Of a stretch of DNA of 64,000 nucleotides, positions 25,811-39,245 are shown piece after piece. This stretch comes from Mobula birostris (Eukaryota). The translations under genes and the position numbers were made by a program. The notes under the pieces are model-generated. The model made no database searches. It was not told where the DNA came from and was given only the letters and a program-made list of their open reading frames with translations. How positions within the stretch are numbered: position 1 is the stretch's first letter; each line of letters opens with the position of its first letter. The DNA lies in the NCBI RefSeq assembly GCF_030028105.1, contig NC_092379.1, forward strand, positions 27,831,821-27,895,820, given 5' to 3'.

Positions 25811-27689
25811 CATAAGGGAGAGGTCAAACAGCTATAAAATAGCCTATTGGTTAGCACAAAGATACACTGTGCCTATGACCCGTATTTAATTTGCACCACT
25901 GTTTATAAAGACATTGTGCTTCCTTTCTGGAACACGTGGAAATTATGTCGGTTGCACTGGTTTCCAACATCATCCCAAAGTCTGGAAGGATTTGCTTGGC
26001 TGATTGGTTATTGCAAATTATAGCGTGATTACGCTAGGATTAATTCCGCTTATTGCAGGACTGCGTATCTCGAGGTGTGGAAGTGGCTGATTCCTCACTG
26101 ATCTCAAGAAATAAATAAGTAATCAAATAAATAAACAAACACATAAGTAAATAAATAAAAATTGGAATGCCCTGTAAATCAATATGTTCGGTGCGTAGTC
26201 GGGATCACTTTGGATTTTTAATTAATTTATCCAATGCTTATAGATGACAGGTAAATTAAATTAAATGCCTACGCTCTTTAGATTTTTGCAGAAACGATTA
26301 AACCGTTTTCAATGCATGCCACGATCTCCTTCAGAACTGCAGCTATTGATTACCCCCTTTCGTGTCAAAGATGAAACAGAAATTCACTGTAGCAATAAAT
26401 CGGTTTATGCGCCCTTCATTTGCCACATTTCAATTCATTTCTCACTGTGTTCACAGTGAAATAGCAGGAGCGAATGTTTGTTCAGAAGCAGAAATAAATT
26501 GCACTTTAGTAGCGAAATTCTGTGTTACACTCGCGACAGTCTAATTGAAGCATCATAAATCTGTTAGCTGTAGGAAAAGTCTGCGTTTGCGATAGGTTTT
26601 CAATTTCAATTTTCCTTTTTGATTTACAATTTTTTTATTTTTCTACGTCTTGAATTTTCTCTCTTTTTCAATAATTTTATTAATTTCATAAAATGAAAAC
26701 ATAACATAGCAATAATACAAATAGTCGGATATAAATTGTTTCACTTAAAATAAGTAATTGTAAGACCAAATAGTATAAATTGACCAAACTCCCAATCGTA
26801 AAATGACAATGAATAATACAGGACGAAAAAAAAACAAACTGAAGAAAAATCATGAAAAATAAAAAAAATGGAAAAAAAAATCAAACCCCATCCCCCAAAA
26901 AAACTAAACTAAACAGAATTAGTCGACTAATCTAAAAGACTTGGGCAATTCTAACAACTTAAAAATGGGAAGAAAGAAAACCTTAGTGTCGACGACTCTA
27001 TTCCTCTCAATCAACAGTACAGAAAAATAACGTAAGTTTGGAAATGGTCAAATTGCATCACATGAAAATGCTGAATGAATGGCATCCAAGTTTGCTTTCA
27101 AATTTAATGGAAGGGTCATAAACCGTACTTCTATTTTTTTTTCCAAATTCAAACACACCATAGTTTGTGAAAACCAATGAAATACAGAAGGAGGGTTAAT
27201 CTCTTTCCAATTCAGCAAAATGGATCATCCTGCGTGCTGAAGAGGTTATATAATTTGAATCGATCATTGGTAATCCAAAGATAGCAGTAATTGGATGACG
27301 TTGCAAGTCTATATTCAAAACCGTTGAAATAATGTCAAAATATCTTTCCAATATTTTTCAAACAAACGAAATGACCAAAACGTGTGAGTTAAAGAAGCTA
27401 TCTCGAAATGATATCTATCACATTTTGGATTAATATAAGAAAAATAACGAGACAGTTTTTCTTTGGATATATGAGCCCGGTGCACTACTTTATACTGTAT
27501 CAACACATGCTTAGCACATATAGAGGATAATTAATCAATTGAAGCTTTTTTTTTTCCCCCATTGTTAAATCGGTATAATAATGTTAAGTTCTCTTTCCCA
27601 ATCGGCTTTAATTTTATTGGAAACATCAGGACATAAATTCATATTTGTATTATATATAATTGCTACAACACTTTTCTGAGAGAGATTTA

Positions 27690-30395
27690 GAAAGCATAGA
27701 AACCATAGAAAACTACAGCACAAAAACAGGCCTTTTGGCCCTTCTTGGCTGTGCCGAACCATTTTCTGCCTAGTCCCACTGACCTGCACACGGACCATTT
27801 CCTCCATACACCTCCCATCCATATATCTGCCCAACTTATTCTTAAATGTTAAAAAGGAACCCACAGTTACCGCCTCATCTAGCAGCTCATTTCATACTCC
27901 CACCACTCTCTTTGTGAAGAAGCCCCCCTTAATGTTCCCTTTAAACTTTCCCCTCTCACCCTTAACCCATGTCCTCTGGTTTCTTTCTCCCCTTGCCTCA
28001 GTGGAAAAAGCCTGCTTGTATTCTCTCTATCTATATCCATCATAATTTTATATACCTCTATCAAATCTCCCCTCATTCTTCTACGCTCCAGGGAATAAAC
28101 TCCTAACCTATTCAACCTTTCTCTGTAACTGAGTTTCTCAGGTCCTGGCAACATCCTTGTAAACCTTCCCTACTCTCCTTGAACTTTATTTATATCCTTC
28201 CTGTAATTTGGTGACCAAAACTGAACACAGTACTCCAGATTCGGCCTCACTAATGCATTATACAACCTCATCATAAACTTCCAGCTCTTATACTCAATAC
28301 TTTGATTAATAAATTGTAAATATGAGTGTATTTTGGATCATCTGACATGTTGCAGATGTGTATGAGCCGTCGTATTGAAGTAGTGTGGGGGAACGGTTGT
28401 GAAATGTCCGTACTTGTATTTGTGAATTGTTGTGTTGTAAATATATTAGCTGCCATGATATGTTCGGGGAGGGCGGGTGGGGGGTGGGGAGATTTGATTT
28501 GGGGGTACGATACTAAAGCAACATGGAGGAAAATGTAATCCATTATATATTCTGTATTTTGTCATTCCTTCAATAAAAATAAAAAAAAAATGCCAATGTA
28601 CCAAAAGCTCTCTTTATGTCTCTATGTATCTGTGACGCCACTTTTAGGGAATTTTGTATCTGTATTCCCAGATCCCCCTGTTCTACTGCACTCCTCAGTG
28701 TCTTACCATTAACCCTGTACGTTCTACCTTGGTTTGTCCTTCCAACGTGCAATACCTCACATTTGTCTGTATTAAACTCCATCTGCCATTTTGCAGCCCA
28801 TTTTTCCAGCTCCCTCTGCAAGCTCTGTAAACCTTCCTCACTGTCTATTACACCTCCAATCTTTGTATCATTAGCAAATTTGCTGAATCAATTTACCACA
28901 TTATCATCCAGATCATTGATATATATGACAAATAACAATGGACCCAGCACTGATCACTGCGGCACACCACAAGACGCAGCCCTCCACTCGGAGAAGCAAT
29001 TCTCTACTACCACTCTTTGGCTTCTTCCATTGAGTCAATGTCTAATCCAATTTACCACCTCCCCATGTATACCTAGCGACTGAATTTTCCTAACTAACCT
29101 CCCATGCGGGACCTTGTCAAAGGCCTTACTGAAGTCCATGTAGACAATATCCACTGCCTTCCCTTCATCCACTTTCCTGGTAACCTCCTCGAAAAACTCC
29201 AATAGATTGGTCAAACATGACCTGCCACGCACAAAGACATGTTGACTCTCCCTAATAACTCCCTGTCTATTCAAATGCTTGCAGATTCTGTCGCTTAGTA
29301 CTCCCTCCAATAACTTACGTACTACCGACGTTAAATTTACCGGCCTATAATTTCCCGGATTAATTTTCGATCCTTTATTAAAGAACGGAAAATCATGAGC
29401 CACTCAACAATCCTCCGGCAGCTCACCCTTAGACAACAACATTACTTCTGCCTGGGCCCCTGCAATTTCAACACTAGTCTCCTTCAAGGTCCGAAGGAAC
29501 ACCCTATCAGGTTCCGGAGTTTATCCACTTTAATTTTACTCAAGACAGCAAACAACTACTCCCTTTCAATCTGTACAGTTTCCATGATCTCACTACTTTT
29601 TCCTTTAATTCCATAGATTTATGCCAGTTTCCTTAGTAAATGCAGACGCAAAAAAAACTATTTAAGATCTCCCCCATTTCCTTTGGTTCTGGACATAGCC
29701 GACCACTCTGATGTTCAAGAGGACCAATTTTACCCCTTACAATCTTTTTGCTCTTAATATACCTGTAAAAGTTCTTTGGATTATCCTTCACTTTGACTGC
29801 CAAGACAACTTCATGTCTTCTTTTAGCCCTCCTGATTACTTTCTTAAGTATTTTCTTGCACTTCTTATACTCCTCAAGCACCTGATTTACTCCCTGTTTC
29901 CTATACATTTCATACAACTCCCTCTTCTTCTTTATCAGAGTTGCAATATCCCTTGAGAACCAATGTTCCTTATTCCTATTCACTTTGCCTTTAATCCTGG
30001 CAGGAAAATACAAACTCTGCACTCTCAAAATTCCTTGTTTTAAGGTTTCCCACCTACTGATCACATCTTTGCCAGAGAACAACCTGTCCGAATCCACGCT
30101 TTTTAGATCCTTTCTCATTTCTTGAAATTTGGCCTTCTTCCAGCCTAGACCCTCAACGCTAGGACCAGATCTTTCCTTGTCCATGATCAAATTTAAACTA
30201 ATGGTGTTATGATCACTGGAACCAAAGTGCTCCCCTACACAGTCTTCTGTCACTTGTCCTAACTAGTTTAGTAACAGGAGATCCAATATTGCATCCACTT
30301 TAGTTGATCCCTCTATATTTTGATTTAGAAAACTTTTCTGAACACATTTTACAAACTCTAAACCATCTAGACCCCTAACAATATGAGAGTCCCAA
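27690..30395 (-). mobile_element. 5'-truncated CR1 LINE nested in L1 ORF2
   Basis: RT motifs PGNYRPVNLTSVV.KLLE, GRSCLTNLLEFFEEVT...VDIVYMDFSKAFDKVPH; (TTTCTATG)-type tail at 27690-27715; flanking 5-bp duplication ATTTA at 27685-27689 and 30396-30400. Confidence 0.92.
28313..28590 (+). mobile_element. Short poly(A)-tailed retroposed fragment nested in the CR1
   Basis: Interrupts the CR1 sequence between ..tactttgattaataaa and tgccaatgtaccaaaagc; ends in AATAAAAATAAAAAAAAAA. Confidence 0.7.
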
Positions 30396-33300
30396 ATTTA
30401 AATCTAAATTGTTTTCCAAAGTGTCCATTGGATAAGGGTGTTGAAAATTAGGAGAAACAGTAATTAAAACGTTTCTAATCTGTAGATATCTAATAAAGTG
30501 AGATCTAGATAAGTTATATTTATTAGAAAGTTGATCAAAAGACATAAAACAATTATCCAAAAATAAATCACGAAAACGTACTATACCTTTGGTTTTCCAA
30601 TCAAAGTAAGCTTGATCCATAGTGGAAGATTGTAAAAGGAAATTAGATATAATAGGACTTGTTAAAATAAGTTGATTAAACCCAAAAAAATATTCGAAAT
30701 TGAAACCATATACATAAAGTATGCTTATCTATTGGATTATTCATTTGCTTATACAATTTAGAAGAAGTAAAAGGAAGCGAAGTTCCTAAAACCGAACCCA
30801 AAGCAAACCCTTGTAATGAATTGCATTCAAGATTTACCCAATGTGGATTTAAAGATACATCCAAATTTCGTGACCTAAATTTTAAATATCGAATATTAAT
30901 TGCCCAACAATAGAAACTAAAATTCGGGAGGGCGAGACCCCCGCGCACCCCCCCCCCCCATCCTTTTTAGATTTCTGTAAATATCTTTTACCTAACCTAG
31001 GATTTTTGTTCTGCCATATATATGAGAATTTTTTTGAGTCTACATTATCGAAAAAAGATTTGGGGATTAAAATTGGAACCAATTGAAATACATATAGAAA
31101 TTTGGGCAAAATGATCACCTTAATAGCAGAAATCCGACAAATCAAAGACAAAGAGATTGGTGACCATTTAGTAGCCATAAGTTTAATCTGTTCAATTAAA
31201 GGGAAAAAAATAACCTTAAATAAGTCTTTATACTTCTTCGTAATTGTTATCCCTAAATATATAAACAAATCAGTAACCAATTTAAATGGAAAACGTGCAT
31301 ATAAATAGGTACCTGCTTATTTAGGGGAAACAATTCACTCTTATTAAGATACAGTTTGTAACCAGAAAAAATTACTAAATTGAGGCCACAAACCTAGATT
31401 AGCAGGAATTTACTTCTCCGGATTGGAGGTGTATGACAACAAATCATCTGCATATAGTGATAATTTATGTATTTCGTTTCCACGGGTAATACCAAAAATA
31501 TTGGGCGAGTCGCGGATAGCAATTGCTAAAGGTTCAAGGGCGATATTGAATAGTAAAGGTCTAAAAGGACGTGCTTGCCTAGTACCACGAAAAAGGGGAG
31601 ATCTATGATTATTAGTACAAACCAATGCTACCGGGGAGTAATATAACAATTTAATCCAAGATATAAATGACAAACTAAAATTAAATTTCTCAAGGGCACT
31701 AAATAAATAAGGCCGTTCGACTCTGTCAGAGGCTTTCTCAGCATCTAATGAGATAATACATTCCGGGGTAGTAAGTGAGGGGTTATAAACAATATCCATT
31801 AACTTCCTGATATTGAAGGATGTATAAGTATTTTGTAATAAATCTGGTTTGATCCATAGATATAACTTGAGGTAATACTTTCTCTAACCCGGTTGCTAAA
31901 ATTAAAGAAAAAAATGAATTGACATTCAAAAGAGAAATTGGTCCGTTGATGCACAATCAGTAGGATCCTTATTCTCTTTAAGAATTAGAGAGATAGAGGT
32001 TTCATAAAACGATTGTGGTAATTTACCTAAACTGATTGCTTCTTTGAATATTCTAGACAACCTCGGAGAGAGAATAGAGGAAAAGAATTTTAAAAATGCC
32101 ACTGTAAACTCGTCCGGATCGGGTGATTTACCAGAATTCAATGATGAGATTGCAGTTATTATTTCTTCCTCTGTAATGGGATTTTCTAATGATAAGCAAT
32201 CTTCGGGTGATAATTTCAGAAAATTCAGCTTACGTAAAAAATCATGCATAATATTAAAATCATGAGGAAAATCAGAGTGATATAGAGAGGTATAAAATTC
32301 TTGAAAGATATTGTTTATCCCATCATGATCAACTGTCAAAGTATCATCGTGTTTACGAATCTTAGTAATTTGACCTTTAACCGAATCAAATTTCAATTCA
32401 TTAGCCAATAATTTACCCGATTGATCACTACGAGTATAAAAAAAAAAAATCACCTCTAGTTCTCATTAATTGATTTTCAATTGAGGATGTTAATAATAAG
32501 CTATCTTCCAATTGAATTTCAACTCTGTTTTGTACAGCTCCTTACTGGGAGAAATAGCATTTTTTTTTTATCGAGTTCTTTAATTTTATCAACCAACAAA
32601 AGTATTTCATTTGTAACACGTCTTTTCAAACCAGCCGAATAGGAAATAATCTGTCCACGGATATAAACTTTAACAGCGTTCCAAACAGTTCCATTCGAAA
32701 CTTCCTCCGCAGTATTAGTTGAAAAGAAAAAAAAATCAATCTGGTCCTTTATAAACTTGACAAAGTCCGAGTCTTGAAGCAAAATAGGGTTAAGTCGCCA
32801 TTGTCTATTAGTACAAGAAGTATCCATTAACTTGATAGAAAGTTTCATTGCAGCATGATCTGAAATGGCGATAATGTCGTATTTACAATCAACTACAGAT
32901 GGGACTAATCGAGAATCAATAAAAAAAAAGTCAATTCGGGAATAAGAAGGATGAACATGTGAAAAGAATGAGAATTTTTTATCGTTTGGGTGCAGAAATC
33001 TCCAAATTTCTGAAATCCAAGAATCAAACACAAAAGAGTTAATAAGAGTAGCCGACTTATTCGGTATAGCCGGACTACCTATGGATCTATCCAACATGGG
33101 ATTCAAACATAAATGAAAATCACCGCCCATTATCAACATATACTCGTTTAAGTTAGGAAAGGAAGTGAATAGGTGTTTGAAAAAAATCAGGATAATCCAC
33201 ATTCGGAGCGTAAACATTAACCATAGCAACATTTTTATTAAAAAGTAACCCAGTGATTAACCAAAAACTGCCATTAGGATCTGCGATAACGTCTTGATGA

Positions 33301-35864
33301 ATAAAAGTATTTGAGGGATCTATAAAAATTGAAACTCCTTTAATTTTGGGCTGGGCGTTTGAGTGTTCTTTTTTTGACTTTCCAAAACATAAAGAAGCGT
33401 TGCTTATCCTCTTTCCTTACATGAGTTCCTTGTGCAAAAATAATGTGAGCATTCAGTCTTTGGAATACTTTGAAAATCTTTTTTCCGTTTTATTGGATGG
33501 TTTAAAACATTTGTATTCCAAGAGACAAGATAAATAATGAAAGCCATAATTTAAGATTAACCCGTTGGTAGGTAAAGGGTTAACGATAATGCGAACTCGT
33601 GAAATCGGAAGAGGAATACATGATCAGAGAGGAACCGAACATCTCGACACTGTGGACGTCTTTGTAGTTCTAAATCAGCCCAATAGAAAGAATTGAAAAA
33701 ACGAGAAGGAGTACCCGACCCACCAACTCCAAGAACCCCGAACTAAGCCAGAGCAGGCTGAAGAAAGGACTAACTAATACTAGCTCTAACCCCATGTCTG
33801 CAGGAGGAAACTCCAAAGATATATGTTATATAAATGACCCATAGGAAACTATACTAAACACTATACTAAAATAATCTACATCGTATAATTACTAAAATAT
33901 ATAGATAAGAAATGTTAGTATCAATCCGTATGATTAGTTAATTATAAATGAGTAAGTAAAATATCGCTTCCAAAAAAGAAAAGGGATTACGGAAAGAAGA
34001 AACATAAGAACATGGCGTCCCAAAAAAAGAGCAAAGGAGATCATGCAAAAAGAAAGACAAATCCCCATTTCATTTATACGGAAACAAAAATAAAGAACAT
34101 ATAACTAAAAATGATCGTCAGATCAAATCGTTAGTAATAATATCGAAAAACAGAAAGTTAAAGAAAAAAATAACTAAAAGAAAATAACGTTATTCACAAG
34201 AAATAAGTTTTCTATATAAGTTGTAAAATAATAACTATAGTAGTAAGCACAAAACAAAAATCTTGAGCTTATAAAAAAAACCTTCATCGTTCGGTGGTAG
34301 AAGGTGTATTAAAAAACACCAGAGAAAAAAGCTGGTGCTGAAAGCACCAGACATTAATTAAAGGACTGTTTCCGTCTCAGAAGGGTAGTTATCATCCAAA
34401 AAACGTCGAGCGGCGGTTATGGAATGGAAGGCACGACGAGATCCATCAGAAAGAGAAAATCTGAGACGTGCAGGATACGATAATGCCGGTTTGAGATTTG
34501 TTTGATAACATTCCGGCATTAGAGGTTTAAAAGTCAGTCGCTCCTTCATCACTTCGGGACTATAATCTTGAACTATCCTGAAGAAATGCTGGCGATGCTT
34601 GATCATCCCTTGTCGACGAGCGGTCTGGAGAAGCTGCTCTTTAACATTAACATAATGGAACCGGAGAATAACTGGTCTCGGTTTGGAGACAGCCGATGTC
34701 GACTTTCTCGAAGGTATACGATGAACACGGGCAAGTAATGGAGGCTCGTTGGGAAAAAAACTGAGCTGAACGTATCCTTTAAAAGTTGAGTAAAGAATAT
34801 TAAAGGTCTCCAACCTCAACGTCCTCCGATAGACCAATTATGCGTAAGTTTTGTCTTCTCGATCGAGTTTCAAGATCGATGACTTTGGATTTAAGGTGTT
34901 GCAATTCTTTTAGCAGCCGAAGCTAAATTCTTCTCTAAGTTCTCAACTTTTGATTCCGTCTTCTGGGATTTAATATCGAGTTCAGAGATTTTACCTCCAT
35001 GTTTTTGAACTTCACAATCCAGGGATTTCAAAGATTCCGTGATTGATTTTAAATCTTCATTAAGGCTTTGACGTTGTTGTTCAAATTGATCAGATAAACT
35101 TTCAGATATTGTTTGCCGTTGATCCTCGAAATTTTCCTCTAGACACGTCATCATTACCTTATCAGATAGTTCCGTTTGTTTGGAATCACCTTTCTTTTTT
35201 CCTCCGTTCCCGTCAGAGTCTTTTCCATTTTTGGCTTTGGATCTCGTACTCATTTCTTGAAACTCCAGAATTGCAATTTAAGAAAAAAATCAGTAAATTC
35301 AGTAAATCAGTAAGATAGTATAAATCTTCTGGTGTGGATAAAATTAATTAGGTCAAGGAGATCATAGGTTAAAAAAGATAACGGGAATGGAGCGAAGCCA
35401 GAGACCTCACTCCATGAACGCACCCTGCAGAATGCACGGCTTGAATTTTGAGCACAGATTTCATAGTAGGAACAGAGGGATGCAACGAGAGGATTGTCTT
35501 CTGAAAGATCATTTTGAAAATTTTAGTAATGGACCAGATAATACCAGATGCACGATATTATTCGGAAGGAGTGAGATGCTCCAAAGGGTACAAATGTTTC
35601 AACAATAAAGCTCGCCTGACTGGAAGTGTGAGTAACTGTTCCTACATAGTCACACCGTCCAACAGTAGTTCAGTCAATTTTAAATTGTCATCATTATACG
35701 CAGTACCTACTGAATTGTTTCAAACGCCATTACACATTTATTTGTTTGTTTGCTTGGTTACTTAACCTTTTCTCTTTAGCTACAGAACTATCTATCTGTC
35801 CGTCTGTGACATAATTTGGTAATTTATTACTAAAAATTCTATTTATTTCCTTACCGTTAGCTTT

Positions 35865-36160
35865 TGTAGTCAAGTGGTTAAGGCGTTCGTCTAGTGATAT
35901 GCATGTTGTTGGTCGAACCTTGGCTGATGCAGCGTGTTGTGTCCTTGAGCAGGGCAATTAACCACACAATGCTCTGCGACGACACCAGATCCAAGCTGTA
36001 TGGGTCCTAATGCCCATCCCTTGGACAACATCGGTGTTGTGGAGAGGATAGAGTTGCAGCATGGGCAACTGCCAGTCTTTCATACAACCTTGCCCAGGCC
36101 TGCGCCCTGGAAATCTACCAAGGCGCAAATCCATGGTCTCACAAGTCTAATGGATGACTA
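35865..36160 (+). mobile_element. tRNA-derived SINE (second copy)
   Basis: TAGTCAAGTGG A-box and a body collinear with 7071-7378; absent from the paralogous segment near 49230. Confidence 0.7.
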
Positions 36161-38070
36161 TATATAGATACAAATATTTACATATTTATGTCAGTAATTC
36201 AGTTATTGAGTTGCTTATTAAATAATTATGCGATAATTATTTAGGTATGTATTATTTTTTTCAAACGTCTCGATACCTTTGATTATAAAACCATAAAATG
36301 TAGGCCACAATTTATAATTCATACACACTCTCTTGAGGATGTCTGAAAAAAGGAAAAAAAAAAACAACTTCTACTTTGCAGATGAAAGCCGCATGATTGC
36401 CTTAACAGTTTAATCAGAATTAACTTGAAGGCATTTTCCAGCTGATCGATATATTTTGCAATTTAAAAAAAAACAACATAAAACGTACTGGTACAAACTT
36501 TCTTTTTTCTGCTTGTTCTTCGTCATCTCTAAAAACAAATGAAGGAAGACTGGCACTCTTTAACTTCATCCAAATATTAATCATGTTTTGCATATTTTGT
36601 GAGTTCCTGAGATAGAACGCTTCGTAAAAACATAACATTAAATAGTCGCAAGGCACACGGGTATTTCCCTTATAAGCTCTTTATTTTACATTTTCGAGAT
36701 CTGTCTGAGTATATTCCCTGCCTGAGAGGACATATGACACCCATGTCGTAAAATTGCGCCAACCTTGTCCTTCGTTACAGGAGGGAAAACAACAAATATT
36801 ACTAAGAAAACATTCTTAAAATACCTGCCAATATCATTTTAAGTTCGGTATATTAGCTAATCCTCCGTTTATCCTGCAGGGCTCTTTAACATTTTATTTT
36901 AATACTCGGGACTCCTTTACACTCTGGTCACTCACTCTGCATATTACACTGGTTCGTCATAGATTATCAGGTATATGACGAATAGAATGAACTCTTCTTC
37001 GCACTGCACAGATGTTGTCTTATCTTGTGGATGTTTGTTTCGCGTTCTTTTTCGTTTGTGAAATTGAGAACCTGGTATGTTCTCTTTGCCACAGGTTTAC
37101 ATTAGCGTGTACAGCGCTACTAACTTTCTACGTGTTGTATTAAACGTGACCATGCAGAGCCCTGGTAGGTGTTCCTATTTACTGATGTACAAACTCTTCC
37201 ACATTACAGAAACAACTGAAATTGGCTCTTGCATCTTGCACAAATTGGCAGACGACCACTTTGTCAGTGGTCTAACAAAGTCCATGACATTTACTGAGCA
37301 TTTAATAGCGTTAACAAATTTTACATCGCAGCTGCAGAAGTAACGAAAGGACGTGGACATAAAACCGCTTCATACTACACCAGGTGTCGGTGCACTAGAC
37401 TGAGTTATTGAACAAGTTACTCTCATTCGCACGATATAAATTGCGACATGTGTAACGTGAAAATAAAGTAACCTGCAACATCACATATTACAATGAATAT
37501 ATAAACTAGTAGTAATTACTCTCAGATATATCATATCGTCACCTAATATAACCTAATTCCCTAATATTACATAATCTCTTTTATGTTAAAACCCAGTGGA
37601 ATCGTTCCAATAACTTCCAGCGACAGTGTTCCCAGTTTACCTCTCCATGTGCGTTTCACACTGTTTACAGTAGTTTGCAATGCATAAATGTACGCAGTTG
37701 TTGTAAGAAGATTCATCCCTTTTCGCTCAATTTCATCTCCGTGCGGAATTACTACGCGACTCGATCAGATGCCTCAGAAGATAGATGCCCAACAATCTCA
37801 ATTAAGTTAGGCTGGAAAATTGCCGATTACTCTCAACATTCTGGGAACGGAGATATTGTTTTATATTCTGACATATATATTTACGTAAATCCATCGATCC
37901 ATATATCCATCAGCTTAATCATCGGGAGTTTTCAGACCAGGTTTATGAGAGAAAAGTGCTTCATCAAATGCGAGAGTTTTGATTGTCTGTCGTCAATGAA
38001 GGTAAATTGTTTATTCCCATATCAGATGATAATTATAAAAGACGGAATAGAGAACGATTAAATTATGATT

Positions 38071-38086
38071 TGATGCCACCTGGTGG
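38071..38086 (-). promoter_or_regulatory. CTCF-binding-element-like motif upstream of V2
   Basis: The reverse complement reads CCACCAGGTGGCATCA, matching the CTCF core CCASYAGRKGGCRS. It lies ~650 bp 5' of the leader ATG. Confidence 0.6.
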
Positions 38087-38500
38087 AATATAGCTTATTT
38101 GTTCCTGCCGATGTTACGTGAAACTCAGCGCCTCCTTCACATCATAACAGCCCATGCACAATCAATCACCAATTCCGTCCTCGAAATTAATTGTTAAGTT
38201 ATTCAGAGGAAAGTTACTTTCATAGGCTGCAGGTGAACACGTCAAAATATCGTGCGCCGTGCTGCTTGCTCATTTCTGCTTTTAAGATCCATTCTGTCGT
38301 CTACACCGTCTGCCATAAATCCACGTCATAGAACAGTAATGATTGCTATTTCATCCTTTGCTGCAGCCAGGCTTCGTTACCGTCCGATCTATTCTGCTCG
38401 CACCCTCTGCCTCTACGAGGAATCGCAATTTGTGGACAGTCTTCTCAACAAGAATTACTGGCTGCCCCGCATTCTTTGCCTTTGAGCGGCGCTGCACTGT

Positions 38501-38705
38501 TGACGTCAGCTCACAAAGCATTTGATATGTTTGTTCTGCGCTTCTGTGATCGCCTCCACACAATATGATTTCCTGCATTGCGTCTGAACGCCCCTTTTTA
38601 TTGTGTTTTAGAGACTCAACTCCGTGCGTTGCCTGTTGTGATTGGTCGCTTTGGCCAAGGTATGTGTTTTTATTCTCTGGCAACGAGTCTCCACTCTGTG
38701 GTCAC
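38501..38705 (+). promoter_or_regulatory. Putative V2 proximal promoter (CRE, reverse CCAAT, RUNX-like site)
   Basis: TGACGTCA at 38501-38508; tgtgATTGGtcg near 38640 (shared with V3 and V4); cTGTGGTcac near 38698 (shared with V3). Confidence 0.4.
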
Positions 38706-38732
38706 AAGAGTACAGACTCAAACAGAGTGAAT

Positions 38733-39206
38733 ATGAAGAACTGTCTCACTCTTCTACTCATTATTGAGTTTCTTCTGGGTAAGATGTTCCTTCACTGTAA
38801 TATTCGACAGATGCCTAATTCCCTGTAAACACATTCTATTTTCTATTTATGTAAGCGTATTGTTCAAAGTAGAGCTTATGATCTGTGTATTATTTTACTG
38901 TAGACTGGAGCCTTCAAGACTCAGTGGAACAGTCAGTGGATGCAATGACGATCGAAGAAGAAAGTATTGTTACACTAAAGTGCACTTTACAAACAAGTAT
39001 TACAACCCCGAATGGTTTCTGGTACAGGCAGCGCCCGGGACAGCGACCACAGTACTTGTTTCGGATCATCGCAGGGACAGTCGAACGAAATAAAGATATA
39101 ACTGACCGATTATCTGTTTCCTATAATAAGAGTAAAAAATATACCGAACTCATGATTAAGAACGCCAAAATCTCTGACTCGGCAACGTACCTCTGCGCGA
39201 TGAGCA
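38733..39206 (+). CDS. TRAV: V2: TCR alpha/delta-type V gene segment, intact (leader 38733-38778, 125-bp intron, V exon 38904-39206)
   Basis: Leader MKNCLTLLLIIEFLLG|gtaaga; acceptor ttttactgtag|AC. Exon DWSLQDSVEQSVDAMTIEEESIVTLKC...FWYRQRPGQRPQYL...DSATYLCAMS is open and abuts a perfect RSS. Confidence 0.94.
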
Positions 39207-39245
39207 CACAGTGTTGTAAAAACTCAGCTATCTCGAACAAAAACC
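39207..39245 (+). other. 23-RSS of V2 (consensus heptamer and nonamer)
   Basis: CACAGTG + ttgtaaaaactcagctatctcga (23 nt) + ACAAAAACC. Confidence 0.97.

Larger units (their letters stand above)
26659..35439 (-). mobile_element. Full-length L1-clade LINE (ORF1, ~810-bp spacer, ORF2), decayed and interrupted by a CR1
   Basis: 10-bp TSD CTTGAATTTT at 26649-26658 and 35440-35449. ORF1 35253-34358 (coiled coil, ..RVHR...KPRPVILRFH...DYS..V...R). ORF2 runs from the ATG at 33547: endonuclease, RT (SLDAEKA.DRVE..YL, RGTRQ..P..PLLFNIALEPLA, LYADD) and C-terminal LIQYKVVHRAH...C.. ending ~27058. Frameshifts and stops are present. Confidence 0.93.

Noticed and set aside
26443-26458. CACTGTG-tt-CACAGTG, resembling a D segment or a signal joint
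   Set aside because: There are no acceptable nonamers at 12 or 23 bp on either side, and the paralog (~47695) reads CACAGTG-tt-CACAGTG, so the inverted arrangement is not conserved.
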